From positions 1 through 64,000 of the forward strand of contig MEDX01000015.1 in the NCBI GenBank assembly GCA_001724245.1: DNA of 64,000 nt. Direction: 5' to 3'. Positions 54,496-64,000 of this stretch are shown here, piece by piece. The DNA is from Fonticula-like sp. SCN 57-25. Lineage: Eukaryota. Every line of letters begins with the position of its first letter. Position 1 is the stretch's first letter. Both the position numbers and the translations under genes were made by a program. The notes beneath the pieces are model-generated. The model saw only the letters and a program-made list of their open reading frames with translations, did no database searches and had not been told where the DNA came from.

Positions 54496-56321
54496 ATGAC
54501 ACACCACTTTCACCCACAGTCTGCCCCAGATTCACCCCCAATCATGGTGCGCAGGGGGGATGACGTGCCATCTGATCGCGAGCTAATGCCGTCCGCTTCC
54601 ATGCAGGCGGGCGTTCTTTCGGCGCTGTCGCTGTCCGTCCCCGGCGACGAAATACCATTTGCCTCTCGCTGCCGCTTTGGCTCCCCCAACAGTCTTATCC
54701 ACGTCGAGGATGACTCGACGGGGACATTCAAGCACGGCGGCCTCGCGCGCGTCTCGCCCGATGCCGATGCCGTGCGCCTCTGCTCGCTTTCTTTTCCTTT
54801 CTCACTTCTTTCCGCTTTGCAGTTAATACAAGCCTTTATTCCTTTCACGAGCAATCTAATAGTGGCATACTTTGAGGTCAAGATCATCCAAGCCGCATCC
54901 CGCAGGTACGCCTTCTGATCCCCGCCTTCCCTTCTGATTCCCCTCCCAGCGGCATCGGCATCGGCCTTGTTGGCCGCACTGCTCACATGAGCAAACCGCC
55001 CGGCCACGAGCACGGCACGTACGGCTACATTGGCGACAGCGGGTACAAATTCTCCAACGAGACGAGCAGCCGCACCCCCCGCGGCGCCACCTACGGCCCG
55101 ATCTTCTCCTCTGGCGACGTTGTCGGGTGCGGCATCGACTACGAGCGCGGCCACATTTTCTTCACGCTGAACGGCCGCGATCTCGGGATGGCCTTTCAGG
55201 ACGCGCGGCTGAGCGGCCCAGCGGCGCCGGCGCTGTACGCGGCGTGCTCGCTGCACTGCCCCGACGACACTGTTTCCATCAATGCGGGCGACAGGCCGTT
55301 TGTGTTTGATATTGCTGCTCATAGGGCGCTTGTCAAGGTCGAGCAGAGGCGCGCGATTGAGGCGACAGAGGTGGACGGGGCGGCGACATTGCACGTGGTG
55401 GCGCAGTTTTTGCTCGCAAAGGGGTACAAGAATACATTCACGCACCTCGCAGAGCACTACAACGCAACAGACACGGGTGCGAATAATTGAACAGTTTATG
55501 TTGATAGTATCATGTGTTTATTGATATTTGTTTAATACTTGTATCATTGATCATGTTCATGTGTATTGCTCATTGTGGTATTGATCATGCTCTTTGACCT
55601 GACCTGACCATATTGTGACTCTTTTTTTGGTTGGTATATTGCCACTTTGTGACACTTTTTTCTATTGTTTATATCTTCATTGTGACTCTTTTTCTTGATT
55701 TAATTGACATCATTGTGACACTTTTTTTCTTTGTTCATTGACATTGTCCCATCTACCCATTCCCACTACTCTATTAACCTCCTCTTCCTTTTAGATGCCG
55801 CTGCGCTGCGCACACTTGACCACCGCCACGCCCTCCGCCTCGCCATCCTTTCCGGCGACCTTTCCCGCGCAATTTCCCTAGCAACAACACATTTTCCCAA
55901 ATCCTTCCCCTCTTCCTCCCCCCTCTACTTTCGCCTCCAAGCACAGCGCTTCATCGAAATGGTCCGCGGCCACGTGGCGTCCCCATCAAGCACTTCGCTC
56001 GACGCCCTCATTGCCTTTCTGAGAAACGTCCTCGGACCCATCCACGTGGCCGCAATGCAAAATTCTTCGCTTTCTCCTTTCGAGCGCGACCTTCACCGCG
56101 ACGTGGCGGCGCTTCTCGCATATGCCGACCCGGCGGCGTCGCCCGTGGCGGGTTTATTGGACGAAGAGAGGCGGCGCGTGCTCGCTGATGATGTGAATGC
56201 AGCGGTGTTGGGCGGGGAAGTGCCGCTGGTGGAGCGGGCGCTGGGGCAGTTGGTGGGGGTGAATAGGGCGCTGGTGGAGTGTGTGTCGCCGGTGCATAAT
56301 TTGGCGTCGATTTCGTTATGA
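54496..56321 (+). CDS. RANBP9: RanBP9/10-like SPRY-LisH-CTLH-CRA protein (multi-exon; start approximate)
   Basis: YFEVKI, YGPIFSSGDVVGCG, IFFTLNG; LisH VAQFLLAKGYKNT; CTLH AILSGDLSRA; CRA LLAYADP. Confidence 0.8.
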
Positions 56322-56382
56322 ATTGAAGAAATGTATTGGCATATATTTGGCATTTGATATTGAATAACGATATATTGGATAA

Positions 56383-56440
56383 AAGTCAGAGAAAAGTGTC
56401 AGAAAAGTCAGAGAAAAGTGTTAGAAAAGTCAGAGAAAAA
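56383..56440. repeat. Short intergenic tandem repeat (about 22-nt unit aaagtcagagaaaagtgtyaga)
   Basis: About 2.6 copies between convergent genes. Confidence 0.7.
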
Positions 56441-56656
56441 TGACACAGTAGTGATGTGACATTGCTTTTGATATGGGAATGTCACACAAAAGAGGAAAAA
56501 AGTGTCCCTATTTCAACAACACACATTGGCAATGGTCATCTTTTGACGCATAAGATTACTCTTTTCCAACAGATATTTGATCAACAATCATATATACTCC
56601 TCATTTTTTACTCTTGTCTAATCATTTATTATTCTAGTTGCAAAAACATTTGGGCA

Positions 56657-57494
56657 TTACAGCTTTGCGCGCTGGGAGAGAAGCATAATGGCGGCCTCTG
56701 CCGTGTCGCCGTTCATGAACCTCTTGTGAAGCTGGTCCATTTCGTCGTGAAAGACGCCGCCCATCTGCCTGAGCTTGTCGGGCGATCTGATCAGCGACTT
56801 GAAGATGGGCAGGCTCTTGCTCGCGAGCGGCGGCGCGAGCATGTCCTTGGCGACCTTGATGGCGTGCGCGCGCACCTCATCGGCGGAAGCGAGCACGTCG
56901 CTCACGAGGCCGCGCTGGAGCGCCTCGGCGGACGTCAGCTTGCGGCTCGCGAGCAGCATCTCGTTGCCGAGGGACGGGCCGAGGATCGACGGCAGCAGCA
57001 GCGAGCTCACAAACTCGGGCACGACGGCGATGCGCGCAAAGGGGGTCCAAAAGTACGTCGAGCGCGCGCAGAAAACAATGTCGGCGTGAAGAACAAGCGT
57101 CGTTCCGATGCCGACGGCGGGGCCGTTCACGGCGGCGATCACGGGCTTGCGAAAGTGTATGAGCTCCCACATGAACTGGCCGACGGGGGCAAGGTAGGAG
57201 GGAGTGCTCGGATCGGCAGAGGCGGAGGAGGCGTCAGAGAGATCAGCGCCGGAGGAGAAAAAGTCGCCAGAGGAGGTGATCACCAGCACGTGAACGTCGT
57301 CATCCGCATTGGCCTCGCGGAGCACAGTCACGCAGTCAATGTACTAGAGCGATTGCAATGAGCAACCATGTGCCACGCATGCATCAGCGCACCATCTGAG
57401 TGTTCCACGCATGCTTGGTGGAAGGACGGTTCAGCGTCAGAACAAGCACGCCGGGCGACGGAGTGTCAACCAGCACCGTCTCGTACGCTGCCAT
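56657..57494 (-). CDS. ECI2: Peroxisomal enoyl-CoA delta-isomerase (crotonase family)
   Basis: LTLNRPSTKHAW|...FFSSGADL, KPVIAAVNGPAVGIG and VPEFVSS; C-terminal PTS1 -AKL. Confidence 0.85.
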
Positions 57495-57871
57495 CGGTGT
57501 CAGTCCAGCAGATCCCCCGCACAATGTTGTCGTACCCATGTCGGCCGTCTCGGTCAAGTCACTCTGATTGGTCGGTAGCCACGAACATCACGTGATGTAC
57601 GCTGACACAACGTGCCGCCAAATGCCTGTGGCAGGGGATGCGGGAGCGGAATTCCACTGTAAATCAGCCACACATATAAAAAAAAGCAGCACAGCATGTT
57701 GGCCACGACGTTAAGAGTGCGCGCATGCTGGCATCGCTACCAGCCAAAGCCAAAAGTCTTTCGAGCATCCCCGACCATCCTTTTCGGTCTTGCGATATAA
57801 ACAGCAATGCCACAACCCTGTGGCAGCATTGTCACATGCGTGGATCCTGCGACTGCAGGTTGCAAGCGGGC

Positions 57872-58747
57872 ATGGAGCCTGCCTCCGCCGGCGCTGATTC
57901 GGATATTTATCCCCCCGGCCTCCCATCTCTCCAGCCGCCCACCGCGCCCCTTGTGTCCGCGTCTTCCTCTCCCGATCCGTCTGCCTATGATCCCTCGTCG
58001 CCATCCCCGTCATCGTTTTTGCGCTCGCACATCCCTCGCGCCGTGTTTGACACGCGTTCCGAGCTCTTCACCTTTGCTCAGGGCTACGCGCGGACGCACG
58101 GCTTTTCGGTGAGCGTCGGCCGCTCTCACGAGCGCTATGTCTATTTAAACTGCAGCCGCGGCGGCCACTATACGAATCGCGGCGAGCTGACGCCGGCCAT
58201 GCGCCGCCGCCAGTCGCGATCGCGCAAAACAGGATGTCTCTTTCAGGCGCGCGGATGGCGCCGCGCGGACGATCGCTGGGAACTGTCGACGCTCATCGAC
58301 GCGCACAACCACCCTGCCGAGGCAGCGGAAGGAAACCCGCGGCACCGGCGGATGACGGCCGCGCAGCGCGAGGAGGTCGAGCGGCTCACGGCCGGCGGCG
58401 TCCGGCCCGCCGCCATCATCGAGGCCATCCGATCAATGGACCCGACATTCGCAGGGAACAGCAGGACCATCTACAACGCGCGCGCTGGTCTCAGGCGGAG
58501 CAGGGGCGCTGGCGCCGTCGCCGCCGCGGACGCATCCACCTCATCGGACGATCCCGCCAAGCGATCCGCGCACGGCGGCGGCGATGCGCTGCTCGAGGAA
58601 CTCGCCGCGCAGAGCATCAATAGAAGAAGCGTCGCCGCGGGCGAGGACGACGCGGCGGAGCGCAAGGACGCCGACGACGCTGGCGACAAACGGTCCGACG
58701 CGATCGCCGCCGCCGCCGCCTCGATCCCGAGCCTGCCCAAAGTTTGA
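57872..58747 (+). CDS. FAR1/Aft1-type DNA-binding protein related to the MULE transposase N-terminus; no DDE domain
   Basis: YARTHGFSV...LNCSRGG...SRKTGCLF...WEL...HNHP, then a helical segment ending TIYNAR. Confidence 0.8.
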   Translation: MEPASAGADSDIYPPGLPSLQPPTAPLVSASSSPDPSAYDPSSPSPSSFLRSHIPRAVFDTRSELFTFAQGYARTHGFSVSVGRSHERYVYLNCSRGGHYTNRGELTPAMRRRQSRSRKTGCLFQARGWRRADDRWELSTLIDAHNHPAEAAEGNPRHRRMTAAQREEVERLTAGGVRPAAIIEAIRSMDPTFAGNSRTIYNARAGLRRSRGAGAVAAADASTSSDDPAKRSAHGGGDALLEELAAQSINRRSVAAGEDDAAERKDADDAGDKRSDAIAAAAASIPSLPKV

Positions 58748-59122
58748 GAGTTTATATGGCCGGAAGACGCGCCCACATTTCGCGGCCCGCCGTCCTCTGT
58801 GAGTTGTTTTGTTTCCATTTTGAAAGATTTTAGATAGCAACGGGCAGCAACGCGGCAGCATTTCCGATCACATTCCGCTGCATTCTGCAATTCACAGATC
58901 CCTTTTGTGTCGTTTACCCCTACCACTCTTGTTATATCGCGTCATTTTTGCATTCCATACCGGTTGTATTCTATTCCATACATAGTCCAATAAAGCACAA
59001 AACACGAAAAATAAGCGAAAATTAAGCACAAAACAACGAAAAACAAGCAAAATATCTGCAAAAACCTTCAAAAAACCTGCAATAACCTTCAAAAACCTTC
59101 AAAAATGACCATAAAAACAACC

Positions 59123-62100
59123 TCAAATGGCGTCAGGTCCACCTGCGTCCTTTAACTGACTCACCATTTCCTGCAGCCTATTCACGTCCGTAACAATTGG
59201 CGGGTTCCTTACGTACATTGTGGCCGCGTCCGCGTGCGCTGCGTTGACACTTGGGTCGCGCTGAAGCGGCGCAGAGTGCATTGCCATAATGCGACTGACT
59301 TGAACGGTAATCATGCGGATCTTTTCAAAGTTGACGAGTGTGTGAATGAAGGTCTTGTTGCCGTCATGTGTAAACAACAAGTCCTTAATATGAACAGCTA
59401 TGAAAAGAGGGTAAGTATAAAGTGGAATTATAGTGATAAAAGTCATCATAAATGCATCAAAAAGAGGTAAAGTGCATCCAAAAAGTGTCACAAAAAGTAT
59501 CATAAATGCATCAAAAATAGCCACGAATGCACCAAAAAGTATCATAAAAATGCCATAAACACACCAAAAAGTATCATAAACACACATAAATACACTTACT
59601 TCCACCCTTTCTCTTCCCACGCGTACGCAATGCAGGCACGATTGGCGACACTACTCCAGCTATTCTCTCCCTATACGCCTTCATATTCTGATACGGACTC
59701 ATCACGCCCTCCATCTCCCTCAACCCATCCACCAACTTCCCCCCCACCTCCCCCCACATCCTCTTAAACCTTCTAACAGGCGCGACATTCAGCCCACCCA
59801 CAATCGCACACATCGAAAACATATTATTCGCGTCCCTGCACCGCATCGCAATCCTTATAAACGCCTCTGTCACCAAAACACGTCGGCGGTGATCCGCTTC
59901 AGAGCAGATTTCTGTCGCGACCCAGAACGTTTCTGTGTCGAATCGGCGAATAAACGCGTCTAAATTTGGAAACATACTCTGGTCTTGATATAGGACATTG
60001 TGGACGTACTCGGCGGGCTGAATGTTGCGGAAGAGCTCATAGTCCCAGAGGGTCATTTGGGAGGCGAGCAGCTTGGGGTCGTGGTGGAGGAGGAGGGAAG
60101 AGGTGCGGTGGTCGAGGGCGACGGGGATCGTGCGGAGGGAGCGGTAGGTGGAGAGTTGCGCGTGGACGCGGCCGAGGAGGCGGGTAAGGTGAGAAGTGAA
60201 AGTGGGGAGAGTGGCAAGAACATCAAGAAACTGTAAAAGATAGTCGAGAAGTTCGACATTTGTGTGGAAATCGATCCAAAAGTCTTTTACCCAGGCAATG
60301 ATTACATTCAATACTCTGAAAAAGTGGTTAGAAAAGCAAGAAGTGTTTCAATAAGAGTTAATAAGAGTCATTTCCAATACTGATACTGATACAAATATGA
60401 TACGAATATGATACTGATACAAATACTGATACTGTTACCAATACTGATACCAATACATGTACCAGTACCAATACATGTACCAATACCAATACATGTATCA
60501 TACCAATACTGATACCATTACTGATACTGATACTGATACCAATACTGATACTGATACTGATACTGATACCAACACTGATACCAATACATGTACCGATACC
60601 AATACCAATACGGATACTGATACCAATACTGATACCAATACATTTGCCAATACTGATACCAATACTGATATCAATACTGATACTGATACACATACCATAT
60701 ACCAATACCAATACCAATACCAATACACGTCATTTCCACTACTACTACTATCACCCTCATCCCCTACTTCTTCTCCCCCTTCCCCTTTTTCGCGTACTTT
60801 TCCTGAATAGAAATCTGATATTTCTCAAAGTACTTTGCCTCCTGCACCGTCGCATTCTGCGGCGCCCTAATATGAAACCTCAAGTACAACTGCTCAAACA
60901 GCCGCAGCGACTCCATACTAAACCGATAGCACAGCAATATGCACTGCACATACCTCATGTCCTGCTCATTCTCATCGGCCAGCCGTTCCAGCAGCTTTTC
61001 AATCGTCCCGGCAGTGACGAGCGCCTTGCCATTCACCATTTCCATGACGAGCACTTCAACGCCGCCCTCGGTCACGTACAGCGTCTTGCTCGGCATGGCC
61101 ACGTGCTCGTCGCCGCCGCGCGCGATCCGCACCTCTTTCGGGCCGATGACGACCTGCTGCCCGAGCTCGGCCACGAGCGCCGTCATCGGCACAATCGGCA
61201 TTTCGTGCACGCTCTGCCCTGGCTCGGTCGGCGGCAGCCGCGCGACGTACTCGTCAAATTTAAGGTGGCGGCGGTACACAATAAAGCGCAGCAGCTCGCT
61301 GACGAGCATGTTTCGCGGCACTTCGATGCGCGTCTTCGAGCCGTCGGGGAGGATGACGGCGAGCTGCGAAAAGCCGCCGAGCTGCGAGTCGGGCAGGGCG
61401 GCGGCGTCGAGACTGGCGCGCGCGGCGACTTCTTCAAGTAAACGGGCCTCGACTTGCTCGCCGGTAGAGGGGGCGACCTGCGCGCGCGCCGTTTGGAGAA
61501 AGGTGGTGAGGGTGGAGAGGGGGAAGTGGGCGTCGGCGGGCGAGAGGCGGCGCAGGTAGGCGGACTCGGGGGGGGTGTCGAGCGGGGTGGTGGCGTGGAG
61601 GGAGAGGGAGCGGCGCTGGGGGGCGGGCGAGCCAAAGGGTTTGATTTCGATGCTCGTGCGGGGGGAGTGGAAGGTGGGCGTCGGAGTGTTGCTCGACATG
61701 CCTGAGGAGGGAGATTAGAAAGAGGGGAAAAGTGGGAAAAAGTGACACAAAATGACATGAAAAAGAAAAAAATATGTCATGAAAATGTCATTTTATGACA
61801 CATAAAGCAGCAAAACATATCCAAAAATGACACTTTTACACACAAACAGCATCACTAATACGCACTTTTACGCTCGCGGGAAAGACGGGCGACGCTGGCA
61901 GGGCTGACGACAAAAAAGAGCGTTGAAAGTTCCTCGTCGTTTTCTATCGTTTGTAGGATGTCGTCGAGCGAGATGATGCGCTCGTTCGATGTCTCGATGG
62001 CCTCATTGCCGGCGGCCTGCAGCATGTCGGCGCACACGTACTCGAGCACGGCCGTCACAAGCACGAGGGCGTCGGGCGTCAAGTCAAGCTGGCCGGCCGC

Positions 62101-62659
62101 CAGCTGCTGCACAATCTCAGTGTCAAAGATGAGCCCGGTCGCCTTGATGCAGTCGGCGGGCGCCTGCTTGTTGCGCGCGGCATCATCATAAAGGCGCTTG
62201 GCATTGAGGCCGTCGCTCAGCGCCCACTCGGCAATCGCCCTAGGAAGGGTGAGGCGGATCGCCGCTTCGACGCGACGTGCGTCAGCTTTGATGCGGTCGC
62301 CTATTCACAGGTCAGCGGGGAAGGGCGAGAGATGCGGGCAGCGCACCGGTATCGCCGAGAACGGGGCGACACGTCTCCTTGAACAGGTAGGACACAAATG
62401 TCTCAAGCTTGCTCGTCACAAACTCGACCGCCTAAACAAGCAGTGTTAGTAAAAGGATAGCAAGGAAAGAAGCATAAAAGAAAAGCAATAGAATAACATG
62501 CAGCTTGGCGACATGCGGCACAAAACGGAGCCAAGGGATTTTAGGGGGGTGGCGTACGTCGTGGTCAATGATGTAGCCGGGATGAACGAGTTCCACGATA
62601 CACCGGATCATCGCGTCCATGCTCATGGGCCCTGGCCCGACATGCTCGCTCGTCGACAT
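59123..62659 (-). CDS. RasGEF with N-terminal SOS-type histone folds, RBD-like domain, REM and CDC25 (multi-exon)
   Basis: VELVHPGY and VTAVLEYVCADMLQAAGN (histone fold); LAVILPDGSKTRIEV (ubiquitin-like); AGTIEKLLERL; LASQMTLWDYELFRNI; KDLLFTHDGNKT...LVNFEK. Confidence 0.85.
60374..60726. repeat. Intronic hexamer microsatellite (ATACTG/ATACCA)n
   Basis: About 350 nt of degenerate hexamer repeats inside a RasGEF intron. Confidence 0.92.
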
Positions 62660-63032
62660 TACGTGTCAAACGCTGCGGCTCGGAAGAAGAAAAGTTCGCC
62701 TCGGCGCCCTCGTCTCGCGCCGATGGTTTGCGGCTTGGCCACTTCAGACAAAATGCCACGTGGATGAGATCGTCATGAGACGATATGAGATAGATCTATC
62801 GGCTATTTGCCAAGAGACTGCCCTATTGGGAACTCGTATTGCAGCATATTGCATAGTCGAAAAGCACGGAAAGACTCGCTTTTTTACAGGAAAAGAAGAA
62901 TATATTATAAAAACACGACATGTCAATTTCAAAGATACAATTTCACAATATGGCATCACAGTAAGCACCTGTTTCCAATAGGAACGAACTTGCCTTGCGT
63001 TGCCGCACGGCGTTTTCCAATGAAAATGGCAA

Positions 63033-63630
63033 TTAAAGGCGGCTTGTTTTCTCGAGCCGCCTGATGACGTGCTCGGGGCTGACGCTCCATCTGCTATTGT
63101 TGAGGTGGTGCTTGATGTACCCCATAAAGCCGGTGAGGGGAAGGGCGATGCAGTGCATGTGGAGATGCTCGACGGAATTGAAGGGCGGGCGGTGGAAAGA
63201 AAACCTAAATATGCATTTAAAACTTTGATAAAAAATAAAAGGAAGAGAAAATGCGCACTTGTGCTCTCCCGCGGGATCGATTTGTTGCATGACTCGATTT
63301 CCTGTTTCCATCATGCGTTGAACTGCACAGCGCCGTGAGCAAGTACAGATCGCGGAGGCGGCGTACCAAGTGGAATATCCGACGCCGTGAGAACATTAAC
63401 ATTCTTGTAGTGAGTGCGGGGGACGAGCTGGTAGTGTCCGCGGGCCATCGGGCGCGCGTCCTTGAAGCAAACAAACTCGTCATCCTAAAGCAAATCAGCC
63501 ACACGCAGCGCACAATCTCGCATACTTCATAAACAATTTCGGACGCTAGCTGTTTATTCACAATCTTGCAAAACACACAGTTGACGGTCTCGCGCTCCTC
63601 TGCGCCCCCCGCGCCTCCAGTACAGCCCAT
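63033..63630 (-). CDS. HINT3: HIT-family nucleotide-binding protein, HINT3-like (multi-exon)
   Basis: CVFCKI...HRPPFNSVEHLHMHCI. Confidence 0.85.
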
Positions 63631-63811
63631 CCTCGTCGCCGCCGTCTACTTTTTGGCGGGAACGATCAGTTTGCAGTTTGCACGCAATCGCTTTTGAAGT
63701 TCGAAGGCATAATATATTCGTATGCAAGTGTACATGACCAATAAGAAAAGAAAAGCAAACAAACAGCAGCGAAAAGAGTGCACAAGACGGCCACAAAGCG
63801 TCAGCGCGCGC

Positions 63812-64000
63812 CTAGAGTTGCCTCCAGTAGTACTTTGTGATCGGGATTCTCGTGTCGTTGTCGAGGACGACATCCTGCGCGGTCCATCGAATGTCGTCCC
63901 ACTCGATCTTGTCGGTGAGAACGTCCACGCCGCCGCTCCCCTTTCTCTTCACCACCTGGTACCTTTCCTCCTCCTCCTCGTCCTCCTGCGCGTCGGCATT
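63812..64000 (-). CDS. 3' end of an unidentified gene running off the window
   Basis: Open frame ...EDEEEEERYQVVKRKG...KIEWDDIRW...ITKYYWRQL* with GC-rich coding-like codons. Confidence 0.5.
   Translation of the reverse strand, partial: NADAQEDEEEEERYQVVKRKGSGGVDVLTDKIEWDDIRWTAQDVVLDNDTRIPITKYYWRQL

Noticed and set aside
57600-59120. Intact Mutator transposon around the FAR1-like gene
   Set aside because: No DDE domain, terminal inverted repeats or target-site duplication visible.
60374-60726. Repeat array as CRISPR, telomere or coding (DT/IG-repeat ORFs)
   Set aside because: Contiguous hexamers without spacers, inside an intron; no cas genes and not a TTAGGG-type repeat.

Overview
Gene-dense, GC-rich eukaryotic nuclear DNA, not prokaryotic. 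It holds about 40 protein genes with short spliceosomal introns (mostly 46-85 nt, atypical GTRCGY donors), one tRNA-Thr(UGU), and many head-to-head gene pairs whose start codons lie 90-220 bp apart. Fungal-style Tom22, Pkr1, Coa1 and Nop16 occur alongside presenilin, DET1, FIRRM, TopBP1 and NBR1, which suggests an early-branching unicellular opisthokont or close relative (inference only). The most striking item is a Notch-like single-pass receptor at 43538-48287, reconstructed from five exons: signal peptide, PA-like domain, LNR repeat, Frizzled-like Cys-rich domain, mucin stalk, TM helix, then ankyrin repeats with basic NLS-like patches. It has a frameshift inside its tandem-repeat stalk, sits head-to-head with an orphan type-I membrane protein, and lies about 13 kb from presenilin. 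Other notable items are a histone-fold/RBD-like RasGEF, a DH-PH-RanBD-like GEF, a SAM plus dead-caspase-like protein, a HAD_SAK/2H RNA-repair-like protein, an LRR orphan flanked by a duplicated 3' region, a FAR1/MULE-derived gene, bacterial-like enzymes, a GC-AG intron and recurrent promoter motifs (triple CRE, TCACGTGA, CCAAT, phased AATCAG). All family assignments come from motif recognition by eye; no database search was run.
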